Source of the DNA: Candidatus Eiseniibacteriota bacterium
Lineage (GTDB): Bacteria > Eisenbacteria > RBG-16-71-46 > CAVPCR01
NCBI GenBank assembly: GCA_963702435.1
Contig: CAVPCR010000003.1
Span: forward strand, 160,001 to 224,000
Direction: 5' to 3'
Length of the DNA: 64,000 nt
How positions within the stretch are numbered: position 1 is the first letter of the stretch; each line of letters opens with the position of its first letter. Made by a program: the position numbers and the translations under genes. The notes under the pieces were generated by a model. That model made no database searches. It was not told where the DNA came from and was given only the letters and a program-made list of their open reading frames with translations. This document shows positions 18,804 to 28,751 of this stretch, in pieces.

Positions 18804-20027
18804 CTAGAGCCGGACGCGCGGCGGCCGCGTGTAGGTGATCGCCAGCGCAGGATGCGCACCGGCCGATGCTTCGCGGGTGACGAACCCGAGGCGGTTGAGG
18901 GATGGATACTGCTGCTCGACCTTGAGCAGGACCCCCTTCTCGATCCGGGACCCGAGGGTGGAGACATCGAGAACGATCTCGTCGTCGGCGCCGGCCTTGA
19001 TCGTGACGCGCGCGAAAGCCAGCGTGCTGAAGCCGACCACCGGGAGTGGATCCAGGTTTTCGCCGGGCAGTGTCACCACCTCGTGCGCACCGATCGTGAC
19101 CAGCGAATCGGTCTGCCCCACGGACACCGATGCGGGATCGATCGCGAGCGTGAGGCGAAGCCGGTTGAGATTGACGTCGTCGCTCACCGCGTCGAGGTCG
19201 AAGCGGACGATCGCGCGGTAGTCATAGGGTCCGCCGATCGGGGCCGCCGGCTCGGACCCGGTGCCGGCCGCGACATCGGGGCTCACGCTGTACAGCGTCG
19301 CGTGCTCGCGGAGGGCGAGGCGGAGCGTGTCGGTCTCGCTGTCGAGCGTGTAGCGCACCTCGAGCGCGGGCGCCTCGAGCGTGTAGGGATCCTTCCCGAT
19401 GACGACGTCGCGAGTGGCACGGAAGCGCTTCCAGCCGCCGAGGCTGCGCGGGACGATGGCGATGCCGAAGTTCGAGTCGGGCTGGGCGACCCAGCCGGCG
19501 ACGATGGACGGGGGCACGGCGGCGGTGATGCGTGCGTCCGGCGTGTCGCACTCCGCGACGGCGAACAGGGATGGCGGCGACGTCGGCTCGTGGTTCGTGA
19601 ACGGCCAGCCCTGGCTCGGGTTGGTGAACCAGGTGGCGGCGGTGACGCGCTGGATCTCGAGATCCTGCTCGACCTGGTCGCCGTAGTCGCCCCCGGCGTC
19701 CGCGGAGAGAATGAGGCTCGCGCCGAGGATGGTCGCCGCCGCCGGCACCTCGAGCACCGTGAAACGGAGGAACGTCTTGGCCTCTGCCGCGGACGCCAGC
19801 TCGGGCTCGATCCCCGCCCACACCACATCGCCGGAGTTGCGCGTGGTCTGGAAGAACGTGTCCAGATCGGAATCGGGCACGACCGCGGTCAGCGCCCCGC
19901 TCGAATCCACGATGCCGGGCGCGAGATCGAAGCCGACCACCGGATCGCCGTCCTCGCCGCAGGCCGCGACCAGGGCGACGAGGGCCGCGCAGGCCGCCGC
20001 GAGCAGAAAGATCACTGGATGTCGCAC
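18804..20027 (-). CDS. Lipoprotein with DNRLRE/TGF-beta-propeptide-like domains
   Basis: GTG start, lipobox LVAAC, FLRF.....P....I..A.L.L, IVAGW...PDSNFGI, P.L.V.Y repeated twice. Confidence 0.75.
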   Translation of the reverse strand: MRHPVIFLLAAACAALVALVAACGEDGDPVVGFDLAPGIVDSSGALTAVVPDSDLDTFFQTTRNSGDVVWAGIEPELASAAEAKTFLRFTVLEVPAAATILGASLILSADAGGDYGDQVEQDLEIQRVTAATWFTNPSQGWPFTNHEPTSPPSLFAVAECDTPDARITAAVPPSIVAGWVAQPDSNFGIAIVPRSLGGWKRFRATRDVVIGKDPYTLEAPALEVRYTLDSETDTLRLALREHATLYSVSPDVAAGTGSEPAAPIGGPYDYRAIVRFDLDAVSDDVNLNRLRLTLAIDPASVSVGQTDSLVTIGAHEVVTLPGENLDPLPVVGFSTLAFARVTIKAGADDEIVLDVSTLGSRIEKGVLLKVEQQYPSLNRLGFVTREASAGAHPALAITYTRPPRVRL

Positions 20028-20094
20028 GGAACGCGCACCTCCCGAGTGGCCCTCCGGGCCCCGCTTCCTGCGGAGCCCGACGTGAGGGCTCAAA

Positions 20095-20123
20095 CGGTTA
20101 GCACGCCGCGAGTTGGGGGTCAA
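20095..20123 (-). promoter_or_regulatory. sigma70-type promoter of the lipoprotein-barrel pair
   Basis: TTGACC-17 nt-TAACCG with TG extension. Confidence 0.5.
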
Positions 20124-20160
20124 GGAGGGGCCGGCGCCGCAGGCCCGCGGCCCCGGGCGG

Positions 20161-22242
20161 TCAGCGCAGCCGCGCCGAGTAGATCGCGGAGAAGACCTCC
20201 TCGCCGGCGTCGCTCCGCGTCGAGAAGTAGTAGCGAAGGGTCTTCCCGGATGTCTCCGGAAGCGGCACGCCCACGGCATGGGTGCCGGGGGCCCCGGGGA
20301 TCGGGGCCATGGCGAGATCCTGCCAGCGGTCGTCCGCAGCAACGTGGAGATGGACCGGCTCCGCGGAGCGCGCATCGCGCCCCGTGCGCACCACGGTGAG
20401 CACCGGGGAGTCGCCGGCCTTCCAGTGCCCCGGCGGCGTGTGCTCGAGCGAGATGGCGGGCAGCTCGTCCAGGTTCACGTCGAGGATGAGACGATCCCCC
20501 CGCCGGATGTCGAGCACGCGATGGATCGGCGGCCCGCTCGCGCGCCGGATGGTGATTGCATGCACGCCCGGATCGAGCTCCACGTCGAGCGGGGTCTCCC
20601 CTTCCTCGACCCCGTCCACGAGGACCGTCCAGCCGCTCCTCTCGATGACCCCGTGCTCGCTCATCGCCGTCGTCTGTACCGTGACGAGCGTGACGTCCTC
20701 GACGTCACCGGCCCGAGCCACCGCCTGGCTCGTCTCGCCGGCCCGCACGAGGATCTCCTCCTCCCACCCGAAGCCCTGCGGGCCGCTGAACCGCACGCGA
20801 TGCCGCCCGGGGGCGACCTGGTCGAGCACCGCGGGCGCAGGCCCGACCGGTCGCTCGTCGACGAAGACCTCGACGCCGGCGATGAACGGCTCGGTCACCG
20901 CGCTCAGGGCGCCGTGCGTAGGCGCCGGAGGCGCGACGGCCCCGACGGACCCGACGGCCGGAGCGCCCCTGCCGTCGAGCGCCGTGAGCCCGCCGATCCC
21001 GCCGGTCGCCGGCGCGGCGTCGGCCCGCACCTGGACCCCGCGCGTCTCCGGCGGTTGCGCAGCCGTCCCTTCGTGGCGATCGAGCACCATGCGCATACCG
21101 GCGAGAAAGAGAAGGACGACCCCGATCACGGCCAGCACCAGACCGGCGTTGCGTGGGCTCAGGAAGGCCGGACGCGTCGCGCGCCAGCGGCGCGCGGGGC
21201 CATCGGACTCCGGAGCGGCGATCTCCGCCGCGGATCCGGAGGCCGGGGTCGCCGGCGACGTGAGCCACGACGGCAGTTCGATCGCGTCCGCGGGCCGGAC
21301 GTCGCTCGCAGAAGCGGCGGCCGGCGTGTCGTTCCGGATCTCGACGCGGGCATGCGGATCCGCCGCGGGCGCGAGCAGGTCGCCGCCGGCGAAAGGTGCA
21401 CCGCCGGCGAAAGGTGCACTGCCGGCGAAAGGTGCACCGCCGGGGACAGGCTCGCTACCGGCGAACGCCCCGGTGGCCGCAGCCAGCGATGCGACACCCT
21501 CCGCTCCGAGCACGGTCATCGCCGCGCAAGGTGCCGGCGAGGCGGGATCCACGTCGAGCGCGCCCGCACTCCTCGCCCAGGCCGCGCAGATGCCCACCAT
21601 CTCGCGCGCCGCCGCGGCGAGGCCGGCGTGCGTTGCGAGCTCGTATCCCCCGGGAATGACGACCAGGAGATCGCCGCTGCGCAGCGTCTCGCTCGTGACC
21701 TCGATGAGCGCGCGCGGGGAGCCCCCGAGCGGCGGTCGCGGGCGCTGATTGACCGGGGCGAGGAGCTCGATCTCCTCGCCGCGCCGGCGCAGGCAGGCCA
21801 CGCCCCCGGCGGCGATGAGATGCACGCGGTTGCCGTCGGCGATGGCCACGAGCGTCTCGAGCCCCCGCTCGGGAACACCGTCCTTGAGGAGCTCGTGATG
21901 GGCTGCCTTGAGCAGCGAGAGGATGGCGTGCACGACCGGGGGCGGTCCCGCAGCTTGCGGCACGGAGCCCGCAGGGCCCTGCCCCTCGAGCGCGCCGGCG
22001 ACCGCCGCCAGGAACTCGTCGGCCAGCCAGTCCGCGCGGCCCGTGCCGCGGGCGAGGGCGACGAACCCGCTGCCCGCGTCGGCGCGGGCGATCCACCCCG
22101 CGCCGCCGCGCGCGGCGGCGCGCACCGGCTCGGCCCCGCCCGGCCGCTCGAGTGCGGGGCTCGTGCCGGCCGGCGCCGTACCCGGAGCGGAGCCGGAGTG
22201 TGCGGGGAGCCTGTCCATCGGCATGGGCTCGGTCGAGGCCAT
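20161..22242 (-). CDS. Bitopic membrane protein: degenerate PP2C-like N-domain, TM helix, two PEGA domains, Ig-like C-terminus
   Basis: PEGA motifs GVEVFVDE..VG.AP..L..VAPGRHRV and VLVDG...GETPLDVELDPGVHAI; TM LVLAVIGVVLLFLAG. Confidence 0.75.
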   Translation of the reverse strand: MASTEPMPMDRLPAHSGSAPGTAPAGTSPALERPGGAEPVRAAARGGAGWIARADAGSGFVALARGTGRADWLADEFLAAVAGALEGQGPAGSVPQAAGPPPVVHAILSLLKAAHHELLKDGVPERGLETLVAIADGNRVHLIAAGGVACLRRRGEEIELLAPVNQRPRPPLGGSPRALIEVTSETLRSGDLLVVIPGGYELATHAGLAAAAREMVGICAAWARSAGALDVDPASPAPCAAMTVLGAEGVASLAAATGAFAGSEPVPGGAPFAGSAPFAGGAPFAGGDLLAPAADPHARVEIRNDTPAAASASDVRPADAIELPSWLTSPATPASGSAAEIAAPESDGPARRWRATRPAFLSPRNAGLVLAVIGVVLLFLAGMRMVLDRHEGTAAQPPETRGVQVRADAAPATGGIGGLTALDGRGAPAVGSVGAVAPPAPTHGALSAVTEPFIAGVEVFVDERPVGPAPAVLDQVAPGRHRVRFSGPQGFGWEEEILVRAGETSQAVARAGDVEDVTLVTVQTTAMSEHGVIERSGWTVLVDGVEEGETPLDVELDPGVHAITIRRASGPPIHRVLDIRRGDRLILDVNLDELPAISLEHTPPGHWKAGDSPVLTVVRTGRDARSAEPVHLHVAADDRWQDLAMAPIPGAPGTHAVGVPLPETSGKTLRYYFSTRSDAGEEVFSAIYSARLR
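21385..21438. repeat. 3 x 18-bp in-frame tandem repeat (GAPFAG linker)
   Basis: GCCGGCGAAAGGTGCAC(C/T) x3. Confidence 0.9.
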
Positions 22243-22332
22243 CCTCACATCCTTTCCCTGAGGTGCAGTCTCTCGAAGGCGTGGGGCGGGCTTGCGCCCG
22301 CGATCCCGCGCCGTCCGCTTCGTGCTGCCGGC

Positions 22333-23781
22333 TCACGCGGCGAGATCGTCTTCGCCTTCCGGCTCGTGCCCGCCCGGTTCGCCGGCGCGCCACTCCGGCT
22401 CCGGCGGGCGCACCCGGGCGAGATCGGTGCGAAAGAGATCGAGGCGATCGCCGAGGTTCGTCTCCTCGGCGTAGTGGAAGAACCGCCGCCACGAGGCGTA
22501 AGCGCGCGCCCGCTGCCCGCGCTCCTGGAAGATGCGGCCCAGGTGGTAGTGGATCGCGGCGTAGCGCGGATTGAGCCGCGCGCCGCGGCGGAGCGCCTCG
22601 ATCGCCTGCTCGGTCTGTCCGAGCCGGAGGCGGAGCAGGCCGATCGAGAGATAGATGTCGGCCGAGCGGAGCCCGGTGGCAAGGACGCGCTCGTACTCGG
22701 CGAGCGCGTCCTCATGGCGGTTGGTCCGGGCATAGAGGAGGGCGAGGCTGGCGCGGGCAAGCGGGAACTGCGGGTTGAGCGCGAGCGCCTGCTGGAGGCT
22801 CGCCTCGGCCTCCGCCGGCCGCTCGCTCTCGGCGTAGAGCAGCCCGAGCTGGTGGTGGAGGTCCGGATAGGAGGGCGCGTTCCGCACGGCGATCTGGAAC
22901 TGGGCGATCGCCTCCTCGATGCGGCCGAGCCCGGCCAGCTCGTAGCCCAGATCGATGCGGGCCCGCACGTGATCGGGATCGATGGCGAGCGCGCGCGCGA
23001 ACTCGCCGGCGGCTTCCTCCTCGTTCCCCTCGAGCACGGCGAGGCGGCCCATCTGCACATGGTAGGTGGCGACATCGAAGTCGGCGGCGAGCGCGGAGGC
23101 GAAGGCGGTCTCCGCCTTCTCGCGCGCGGCGAACGCGGCGTAGGTGAGACCGATGTAGAGGTGAATCGCGGAGAGGTTGTGATTCGGCTCGCGCGTCACC
23201 AGGTAGCGCTCGACGGCGACCGGATCCTCGAGCGCGGCCCCGTCGATGCCGTCGGCGGTCAGGAGCTTGCCGAGGAGCGGATCGGTCGCAACGAGCCGCG
23301 CGTAGAGGGGTCCTGCCTCGGCCGTGCGTCCGGCCCGGGCGCAGAGCAGGAGCCGCTCGCGATCGGCGAGATAGCGATGGCGGCCCGCGGGCGCGAGCCG
23401 TTCGAGGATGCGCAGCCCGGCCGCGCTGTCACCCCAGCGCCCGTAGGCCATCGCGAGATCGAGCGCAACGCCGGCATGCTCGTGAGGATGCTTGGGGGCC
23501 GGATCCCGGTCCTGAGCGGCCTGCCAGTGGGCGAGGGCCGCCTCGGGGCCGCGCACCCGCTCGAGCGCGTAACCGAGCGCGGAGGCCGCCGCCGTGTAGC
23601 GCGGATTCAGCGACAAGGCGCGCTCGTGGCGCTCGATCGCATGCTCGGGATCGCCCGCCAGGTAGAACAGGAGCCCGAGCCGGTGCTGGGCGTCCGCGTA
23701 GTCGGGATACTCGGCGGCCTGCGCACTCAGGGTGTCGAGCGCCTCCTCATAGGCGTCGATGAACAGGTCGATGCGCGGCAT
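22333..23781 (-). CDS. Tetratricopeptide repeat protein
   Basis: Many TPRs (YPDYADAQHRLGLLF; YPDLHHQLGLLY; YAAIHYHLGRIF); TGATG coupling to the upstream gene. Confidence 0.9.
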   Translation of the reverse strand: MPRIDLFIDAYEEALDTLSAQAAEYPDYADAQHRLGLLFYLAGDPEHAIERHERALSLNPRYTAAASALGYALERVRGPEAALAHWQAAQDRDPAPKHPHEHAGVALDLAMAYGRWGDSAAGLRILERLAPAGRHRYLADRERLLLCARAGRTAEAGPLYARLVATDPLLGKLLTADGIDGAALEDPVAVERYLVTREPNHNLSAIHLYIGLTYAAFAAREKAETAFASALAADFDVATYHVQMGRLAVLEGNEEEAAGEFARALAIDPDHVRARIDLGYELAGLGRIEEAIAQFQIAVRNAPSYPDLHHQLGLLYAESERPAEAEASLQQALALNPQFPLARASLALLYARTNRHEDALAEYERVLATGLRSADIYLSIGLLRLRLGQTEQAIEALRRGARLNPRYAAIHYHLGRIFQERGQRARAYASWRRFFHYAEETNLGDRLDLFRTDLARVRPPEPEWRAGEPGGHEPEGEDDLAA

Positions 23782-24098
23782 CAGCTTGCGCTCGTCGCCG
23801 TGGGCCTGGTGATGCGTACCCAATGCTCTCCTCTGCGCTCGAAGCCGTCCACGGTCAGGACCACGTCCTTGACCCCGGCGATGGTGCGGAGGTCCCGATC
23901 GAGGACCTGGAGCAGCTTGAGATCGTCGTCGCCGGAGGCGATGGCCGGAGCCGGAAAGAGCGGGTTGCGGCGGAGCGCACCGCGCACGTAGGCGACGCCG
24001 TTCACGCTGCCGAAGTCGAGACGCCGGATGTCGATCCAGCGCCGGAGCAGGATGGCGCGGACGTGCTTCGTGATGACGAGATCGCGTGCTTCTCGCAT
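23781..24098 (-). CDS. Small BON-domain-like protein
   Basis: D..I...VR..L.......L...SVNGVAYVRG...RTIAGVKDV pattern; SD GGAGGGAG. Confidence 0.7.
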   Translation of the reverse strand: MREARDLVITKHVRAILLRRWIDIRRLDFGSVNGVAYVRGALRRNPLFPAPAIASGDDDLKLLQVLDRDLRTIAGVKDVVLTVDGFERRGEHWVRITRPTATSAS

Positions 24099-24357
24099 TG
24101 ACTCCCTCCCCGCGCCGCAGTCGCGGCGCCGGCCGCTTGTCTCGATGCGGGTTATCGGCGGCCGCAGTGGGTGTCTTGAGCGGTGGCCGGGCGCCGGGCG
24201 GAGCCGGAGGCGGGGCGGGAGGCCGGCGGGGGCCGATCGCGGCGCCGCGGCGAGCGGGATGGGACGGGAGGACCGGGGCGAGCCCCGGCTCTGACCTTGC
24301 GCCTCGGGCCACGGATCGAAGCCGGCGCCCCGGGGGCCTGCGGGCGGCCGCCTGGTC

Positions 24358-25638
24358 CTAGTGGCCTTCCTCGCCCGGGGCCTCGAGCACCTCGCCGGAG
24401 GCCACGAAGCGGGAGGCGAACTGGTTCTCGGTGACGTTCGATCCGATGCGGACGTTGCGGCCGATGACCGCCCCGGCCGGGATGCGAGCGTGCTTGCCGA
24501 TCACGCTCAGACCCGAGGAGAGATGCTCGGGACAGCCGCGATTGGGGACCATCGCGTCCCCCTCGCCGATCCGCGCCCCGCGCCCTACGTGCACGCTCTT
24601 GTCGATGATCGTCCGATCGACGTGCGCGCCCGGACCGATCCAGCTTTCATTGAAGAGGATCGAGCGCTCGACCACCGCCCCCTTCTCGACGACGACGCCG
24701 GGCGAGAGCACCGAGTCACGCACCTCGCCGTAGATGATGCAGCCGTTCGAGAGCAGGCTCCGCTCGGCGCTCCCCGCTCCGACGAAGCGCACCGGCGGGT
24801 AGTAGACGTCCCGCGTGTGCATGCGCCAGGCAGGATCGTAGAGATCGAGACTCGGCTCGTCGGCCGCCAGATCGAGGTTGGCCTCGAAGTAGGTGTCGAG
24901 CGTTCCGATGTCCTGCCAGTAGCCGCGGAAGGGATGGGCGAAGACGCGGGCCCGCCCGATCATGCTCGGCAGGATGTTCTTCCCGAAGTCGTGCTGGGAG
25001 CGCGGATCGGCCGCGTCGCGCATCAGCTCCGCGGCCAGCACCCCCGAGCGGAAGATGTACACGCCCATCGAGGCGGTGTTCGTGCGCGGGCGCTCCCGCG
25101 GCTTCTCGATGAAACTCGTGGCCGAGCCGTCCGCCGCCGTCTCGACGATGCCGAACTGGCTGGTCAGCTCCCAGCGCACCGGGAGCACGGCCACCGTCAC
25201 GTCGGCCTGACGGCTGCGGTGGAACTCGTACATCTCGGTATAGTCCATCTTGTAGACGTGGTCCCCGGACAGGATGAGCACGTCCTCGGCGTTGCGCCGC
25301 ATGATCTCGCCGAGATTCTGATAGACCGCATCGGCGGTGCCGGAGTACCACTTGCTGTCTAGCCAGCTGTGGTGCGGTTGCAGGAGCTGGATGCCGCCGT
25401 GGCGCCGATCGAGGTCCCACGGCTTCCCGATCCCGATGTGCTCGTTGAGCGACTGCGGTTTGTACTGCGTGAGCACGCTCACGTCGAGAATGCCGGAGTT
25501 CACGCAATTGGAAAGCGTGAAGTCGATGATGCGGTACTTGCCGGCGAAGGGCACCGCCGGCTTGGCCCGCTTGTCCGAGAGGACGCAGAGCCGGCTGCCG
25601 ATGCCGCCGGCCATGATCAGCGCGTAGCGCAGCGTCAT
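24358..25638 (-). CDS. glgC: Glucose-1-phosphate adenylyltransferase
   Basis: [10 protein letters not shown]...[54 protein letters not shown]. Confidence 0.95.
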   Translation of the reverse strand: MTLRYALIMAGGIGSRLCVLSDKRAKPAVPFAGKYRIIDFTLSNCVNSGILDVSVLTQYKPQSLNEHIGIGKPWDLDRRHGGIQLLQPHHSWLDSKWYSGTADAVYQNLGEIMRRNAEDVLILSGDHVYKMDYTEMYEFHRSRQADVTVAVLPVRWELTSQFGIVETAADGSATSFIEKPRERPRTNTASMGVYIFRSGVLAAELMRDAADPRSQHDFGKNILPSMIGRARVFAHPFRGYWQDIGTLDTYFEANLDLAADEPSLDLYDPAWRMHTRDVYYPPVRFVGAGSAERSLLSNGCIIYGEVRDSVLSPGVVVEKGAVVERSILFNESWIGPGAHVDRTIIDKSVHVGRGARIGEGDAMVPNRGCPEHLSSGLSVIGKHARIPAGAVIGRNVRIGSNVTENQFASRFVASGEVLEAPGEEGH

Positions 25639-26960
25639 GCCCGCTCACCCTCCGCCGGAGCCGACGGCGCCGGCGCGGGCGGCCCGGGCGGGACGGGCAT
25701 GCCGGCTGCGGCTCGCGTCCCGGCCGTCACCCGCGATCCGGGCGGCAGGTCCATGCTCATGAAGTCCTCCGGGCGCGCGCCGAGATCGATGGTCGAGCTA
25801 CGCCCGATGCGCACGCCGGGCGGGATGACTGCGCTCTTGCCCGCGGTCACGATGCTCGAGCCGCCCGCACCCGGTTCGCTGCCCTCGCCGGCGGCGTATC
25901 CGACGATGGCGCCGGCGCCCACGCGGACGCGCTTGTCGAGGATGGCGAGGTCGACGCGCGCGCCGTGAGCGATGACGGCGTCGGAGAAGACGATCGAGCT
26001 CGCGACCGTCGCCCCCTCCTCCACGACGGCGCCCGGGAACAGGATCGAGTCGATCACGCGGCCGCGCACGATGGCGCCGTTGGCGACGAGCGAGCGCGTC
26101 ACCTCGGCGCCGCGCGCCACCTTGACCGGGGGCCGCTCCTCGGACGGCGTGTAGATGCGCCAGTCGGGATCGGCGAGCAGGAGGCGCGGGTGCGTGGCGA
26201 GAAGCTCCATGTTGGCGCGGAAGTAGGAGTCGATGGTGCCGATGTCGTCCCAGTAGCCGTCGAAGACGTGGCCGTTGACCGGCCGCCCTTCGCGCACGAG
26301 GGGCAGGATCAGATCGAGGACCACGTCCTTCGCCACGGCGCCCGGCCCGAGGCGCTCGTAGAGGAACCGCGTGTCGAAGACGTAGATCCCGAGGTTGGCC
26401 AGATCACCGCGCGGCACCGCGGGCTTCTCCTCGACGTCGACGACGCGCCCGGCGCCGTCGAGGCTCACGATGCCGAAGCGGCTGCGGTCCCAGTCCGGGA
26501 CCGGAGCGACCGTCATGGTCACCGGACAACCCGACTTGCGGTGCGCGCGCACGAGCTCCGCGTAGTCCATCTTGTAGACCTGATCGCCCGAGCAGACGAT
26601 GACCGAGCGGGCGCCCCAGTTCTCGAGCACGTTCAGGTTCTGCCCGATGGCGTCCGCCGTCCCGCTGTACCAGAGGGCCTCCTGCCGGCGGCCGTAGGCC
26701 TGGAGGAGCTTGACCCCGAGATCGCGGCGGTCGAGATCCCAGGTCTCGCCGGTCGCGATGTGATCGTTCAGCGAGACCGGAGCGTACTGGGTGAGGACCG
26801 CGACCCGGATCAGCTCGGAGTTGGCGCAGTTCGAGAGACAGAAGTCGATGACGCGGTACTTCCCGCCGAACGGCATGGCCGAGGCCGGACGGTGCTTGGT
26901 GAGAACGCCGAGACCCTGGCCCTGGCCTCCGGCGAGGATCATGCAGGCGGTCTGCCGCAT
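25635..26960 (-). CDS. glgD: Second ADP-glucose pyrophosphorylase subunit (GlgD-like, degenerate motifs)
   Basis: Same fold, but GGQGQGL (no Arg), RPASA instead of RAKPA, GDQ instead of GDH, no DFGK; ATGA overlap with glgC. Confidence 0.75.
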   Translation of the reverse strand: MRQTACMILAGGQGQGLGVLTKHRPASAMPFGGKYRVIDFCLSNCANSELIRVAVLTQYAPVSLNDHIATGETWDLDRRDLGVKLLQAYGRRQEALWYSGTADAIGQNLNVLENWGARSVIVCSGDQVYKMDYAELVRAHRKSGCPVTMTVAPVPDWDRSRFGIVSLDGAGRVVDVEEKPAVPRGDLANLGIYVFDTRFLYERLGPGAVAKDVVLDLILPLVREGRPVNGHVFDGYWDDIGTIDSYFRANMELLATHPRLLLADPDWRIYTPSEERPPVKVARGAEVTRSLVANGAIVRGRVIDSILFPGAVVEEGATVASSIVFSDAVIAHGARVDLAILDKRVRVGAGAIVGYAAGEGSEPGAGGSSIVTAGKSAVIPPGVRIGRSSTIDLGARPEDFMSMDLPPGSRVTAGTRAAAGMPVPPGPPAPAPSAPAEGERA

Positions 26961-27586
26961 GGCGCCTCCCGTAGCTCGCGGACGAGGGTCCGGACCGCCG
27001 CCGCCGGATCGGCGGCTTGCGCCACCGCTCCGATCACCGCGACACCGCCTGCTCCCGCCGCGAGCGCGGCGCCGGCGTTGGCGGCGGTGATCCCGCCGAT
27101 CGCGAGGACCGGGCAGCTCGCCGCGCGGCAGGCGGTCTCGAGCCCGCTCAGGCCGGCCGGCTTGAGACCCGGTTTCGAGGCGGTCGGGAAGACATGGCCG
27201 AAGAGGATCCAGTCAGCCCCGTCCGCGCCGGCGCGGGCCGCTCCCGTCGCATCGTGCACCGAGCGGCCGATGCGGAGGCGCCCGCCGGCGAGCGCGCGGA
27301 CCCGCGCCACCGGAAGCGATCGCTCGCCGATCTGCGCGCCGAAGGCGCCCGCGGCCAGCGCCACGTCCACGCGATCGTTGACGATCACGCGGAGCGACAT
27401 GCGCGCGAGATCCGACACGAGCCGGCCGAGCACGCGGCCGCCCAGGGCCGGCTCCCGGATCTGGAAGGCCCAGGCCCCGCCGGTCGCCGCCGCCTTGCCG
27501 AGCGCCGCGACGCGTGCCGGATCTCCGCTCCCGTCGCTCACCACCAGGAGTGCGGGGCGGTCGAGACCAAGCGTGGACGTACTCAT
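26939..27586 (-). CDS. Thiamine-phosphate synthase family protein (ThiE/TenI)
   Basis: QIRE, VIVNDRVDVA, GRSVH, FGHVFPTASK, LAIGGI, GVAVI. Confidence 0.88.
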   Translation of the reverse strand: MSTSTLGLDRPALLVVSDGSGDPARVAALGKAAATGGAWAFQIREPALGGRVLGRLVSDLARMSLRVIVNDRVDVALAAGAFGAQIGERSLPVARVRALAGGRLRIGRSVHDATGAARAGADGADWILFGHVFPTASKPGLKPAGLSGLETACRAASCPVLAIGGITAANAGAALAAGAGGVAVIGAVAQAADPAAAVRTLVRELREAPCGRPPA

Positions 27587-27596
27587 CGCCGCCAGG

Positions 27597-28391
27597 TCAG
27601 GAGCGCGGCGCCCCGGAGGCGCTGGCGAGCCCCGCCCCCGGGCTCGAGGTGGACGCGTACCGGCGGCGCTCCATGCGCCCGGCGCCGAAAGCGAGTCGTC
27701 CGGCCTCGACCGCGAGCCGCATCGCGCGCGCCATCGCCACGGGATCGCGCGCCAGCGCGATCCCCGAGTTCATGAGGATGCCGTCGACGCCGAGCTCCAT
27801 GGCGGCCGCCGCATCGGAGGCGGTGCCGACCCCGGCATCCACGATCACCGGGACCGCGACGCTCTCCCTGATGAACTGGATGTTGAGCGGATTCAGGATC
27901 CCCATGCCGGAGCCGATCGGCGAGGCGAGCGGCATGACGCAGGCGGCGCCCAGGTCGGCGAGCCGGCGGGCCGTGATCGGGTCGTCGTTCGTGTACGGAA
28001 GCACGGTGAACCCCTCGCGCACGAGATCCTCGGTGGCGCGGAGGAGGTCGACGACGTCCGGGAGGAGCGTCTCCTTGCTGCCGATGACCTCGAGCTTGAT
28101 CAAGTCGCCGAGCCCCGCCTCGCGGGCCAGGTGCGCGATGCGGATCGCATCCTTGGCCGAGTAGGCGCCCGCCGTGTTGGGCAGGATCGTGTAGCGCTTC
28201 CAGTCGAGCTCGTCGAGGATGTTGCCGGCGCCGCGCTTCGCGAGATCGACGCGGCCGATGGCGACGGTCACCATCTCCGCCCCTGAGGCTTCGATGGCAT
28301 TTCGCATCACGTCGCCGCTCGGATACTTGCCGGTGCCGACGATGAGCCTGGACTGAAAGCGATGCTGGCCGATGATCAGGTCGGATGACAT
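27597..28391 (-). CDS. thiG: Thiazole synthase
   Basis: [44 protein letters not shown]. Confidence 0.97.
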   Translation of the reverse strand: MSSDLIIGQHRFQSRLIVGTGKYPSGDVMRNAIEASGAEMVTVAIGRVDLAKRGAGNILDELDWKRYTILPNTAGAYSAKDAIRIAHLAREAGLGDLIKLEVIGSKETLLPDVVDLLRATEDLVREGFTVLPYTNDDPITARRLADLGAACVMPLASPIGSGMGILNPLNIQFIRESVAVPVIVDAGVGTASDAAAAMELGVDGILMNSGIALARDPVAMARAMRLAVEAGRLAFGAGRMERRRYASTSSPGAGLASASGAPRS

Positions 28392-28426
28392 GCGCGAATC
28401 ACCTCGTGCGCCGGGATGGCGGTGGG

Positions 28427-28455
28427 ATCGTAACCCCTGTGCGGAAGAGGGTCAA
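28427..28455 (-). promoter_or_regulatory. sigma70-type promoter between thiS and thiG
   Basis: TTGACC-17 nt-TACGAT. Confidence 0.7.
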
Positions 28456-28526
28456 CTTGCGGCACCGGGGCGCGCATCGGCCGGGCGCGCTGCGGGGGGA
28501 TTCGTGGCGGGGGCCGGCGGACGGAC

Positions 28527-28727
28527 CTATCCCCCGGCGATCATCTGGATGATCTCGATGCGATCGCCGGGGGCGAGCACGGTCGCGGCGAGGTGGACCC
28601 GCCTCACGACCTCCTCGTTCCGCTCGACCACCACCACCTCGGGTTGGAGGCCGAGGGATTCGACGAGCTCGCGTGCGGTCATCCCCGCCGCGACCTCGCG
28701 CTCCTCCCCGTTCACGATCAGACGCAA
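28527..28727 (-). CDS. thiS: Sulfur carrier protein
   Basis: 66 aa, VNGE, VERN..VV, GDRIEI, C-terminal GG; TTG start. Confidence 0.95.
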   Translation of the reverse strand: MRLIVNGEEREVAAGMTARELVESLGLQPEVVVVERNEEVVRRVHLAATVLAPGDRIEIIQMIAGG

Positions 28728-28751
28728 GCTCGAGGTCCTCCCGCTGTCGGC

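Noticed and set aside
16131..20399. 1422-aa plus-strand ORF
   Set aside because: Antisense shadow of tdh, the barrel and the lipoprotein genes; stop-poor because of high GC; no domain motifs.
20113..23991. 1292-aa plus-strand ORF
   Set aside because: Antisense shadow of the PEGA, TPR and BON-like genes.
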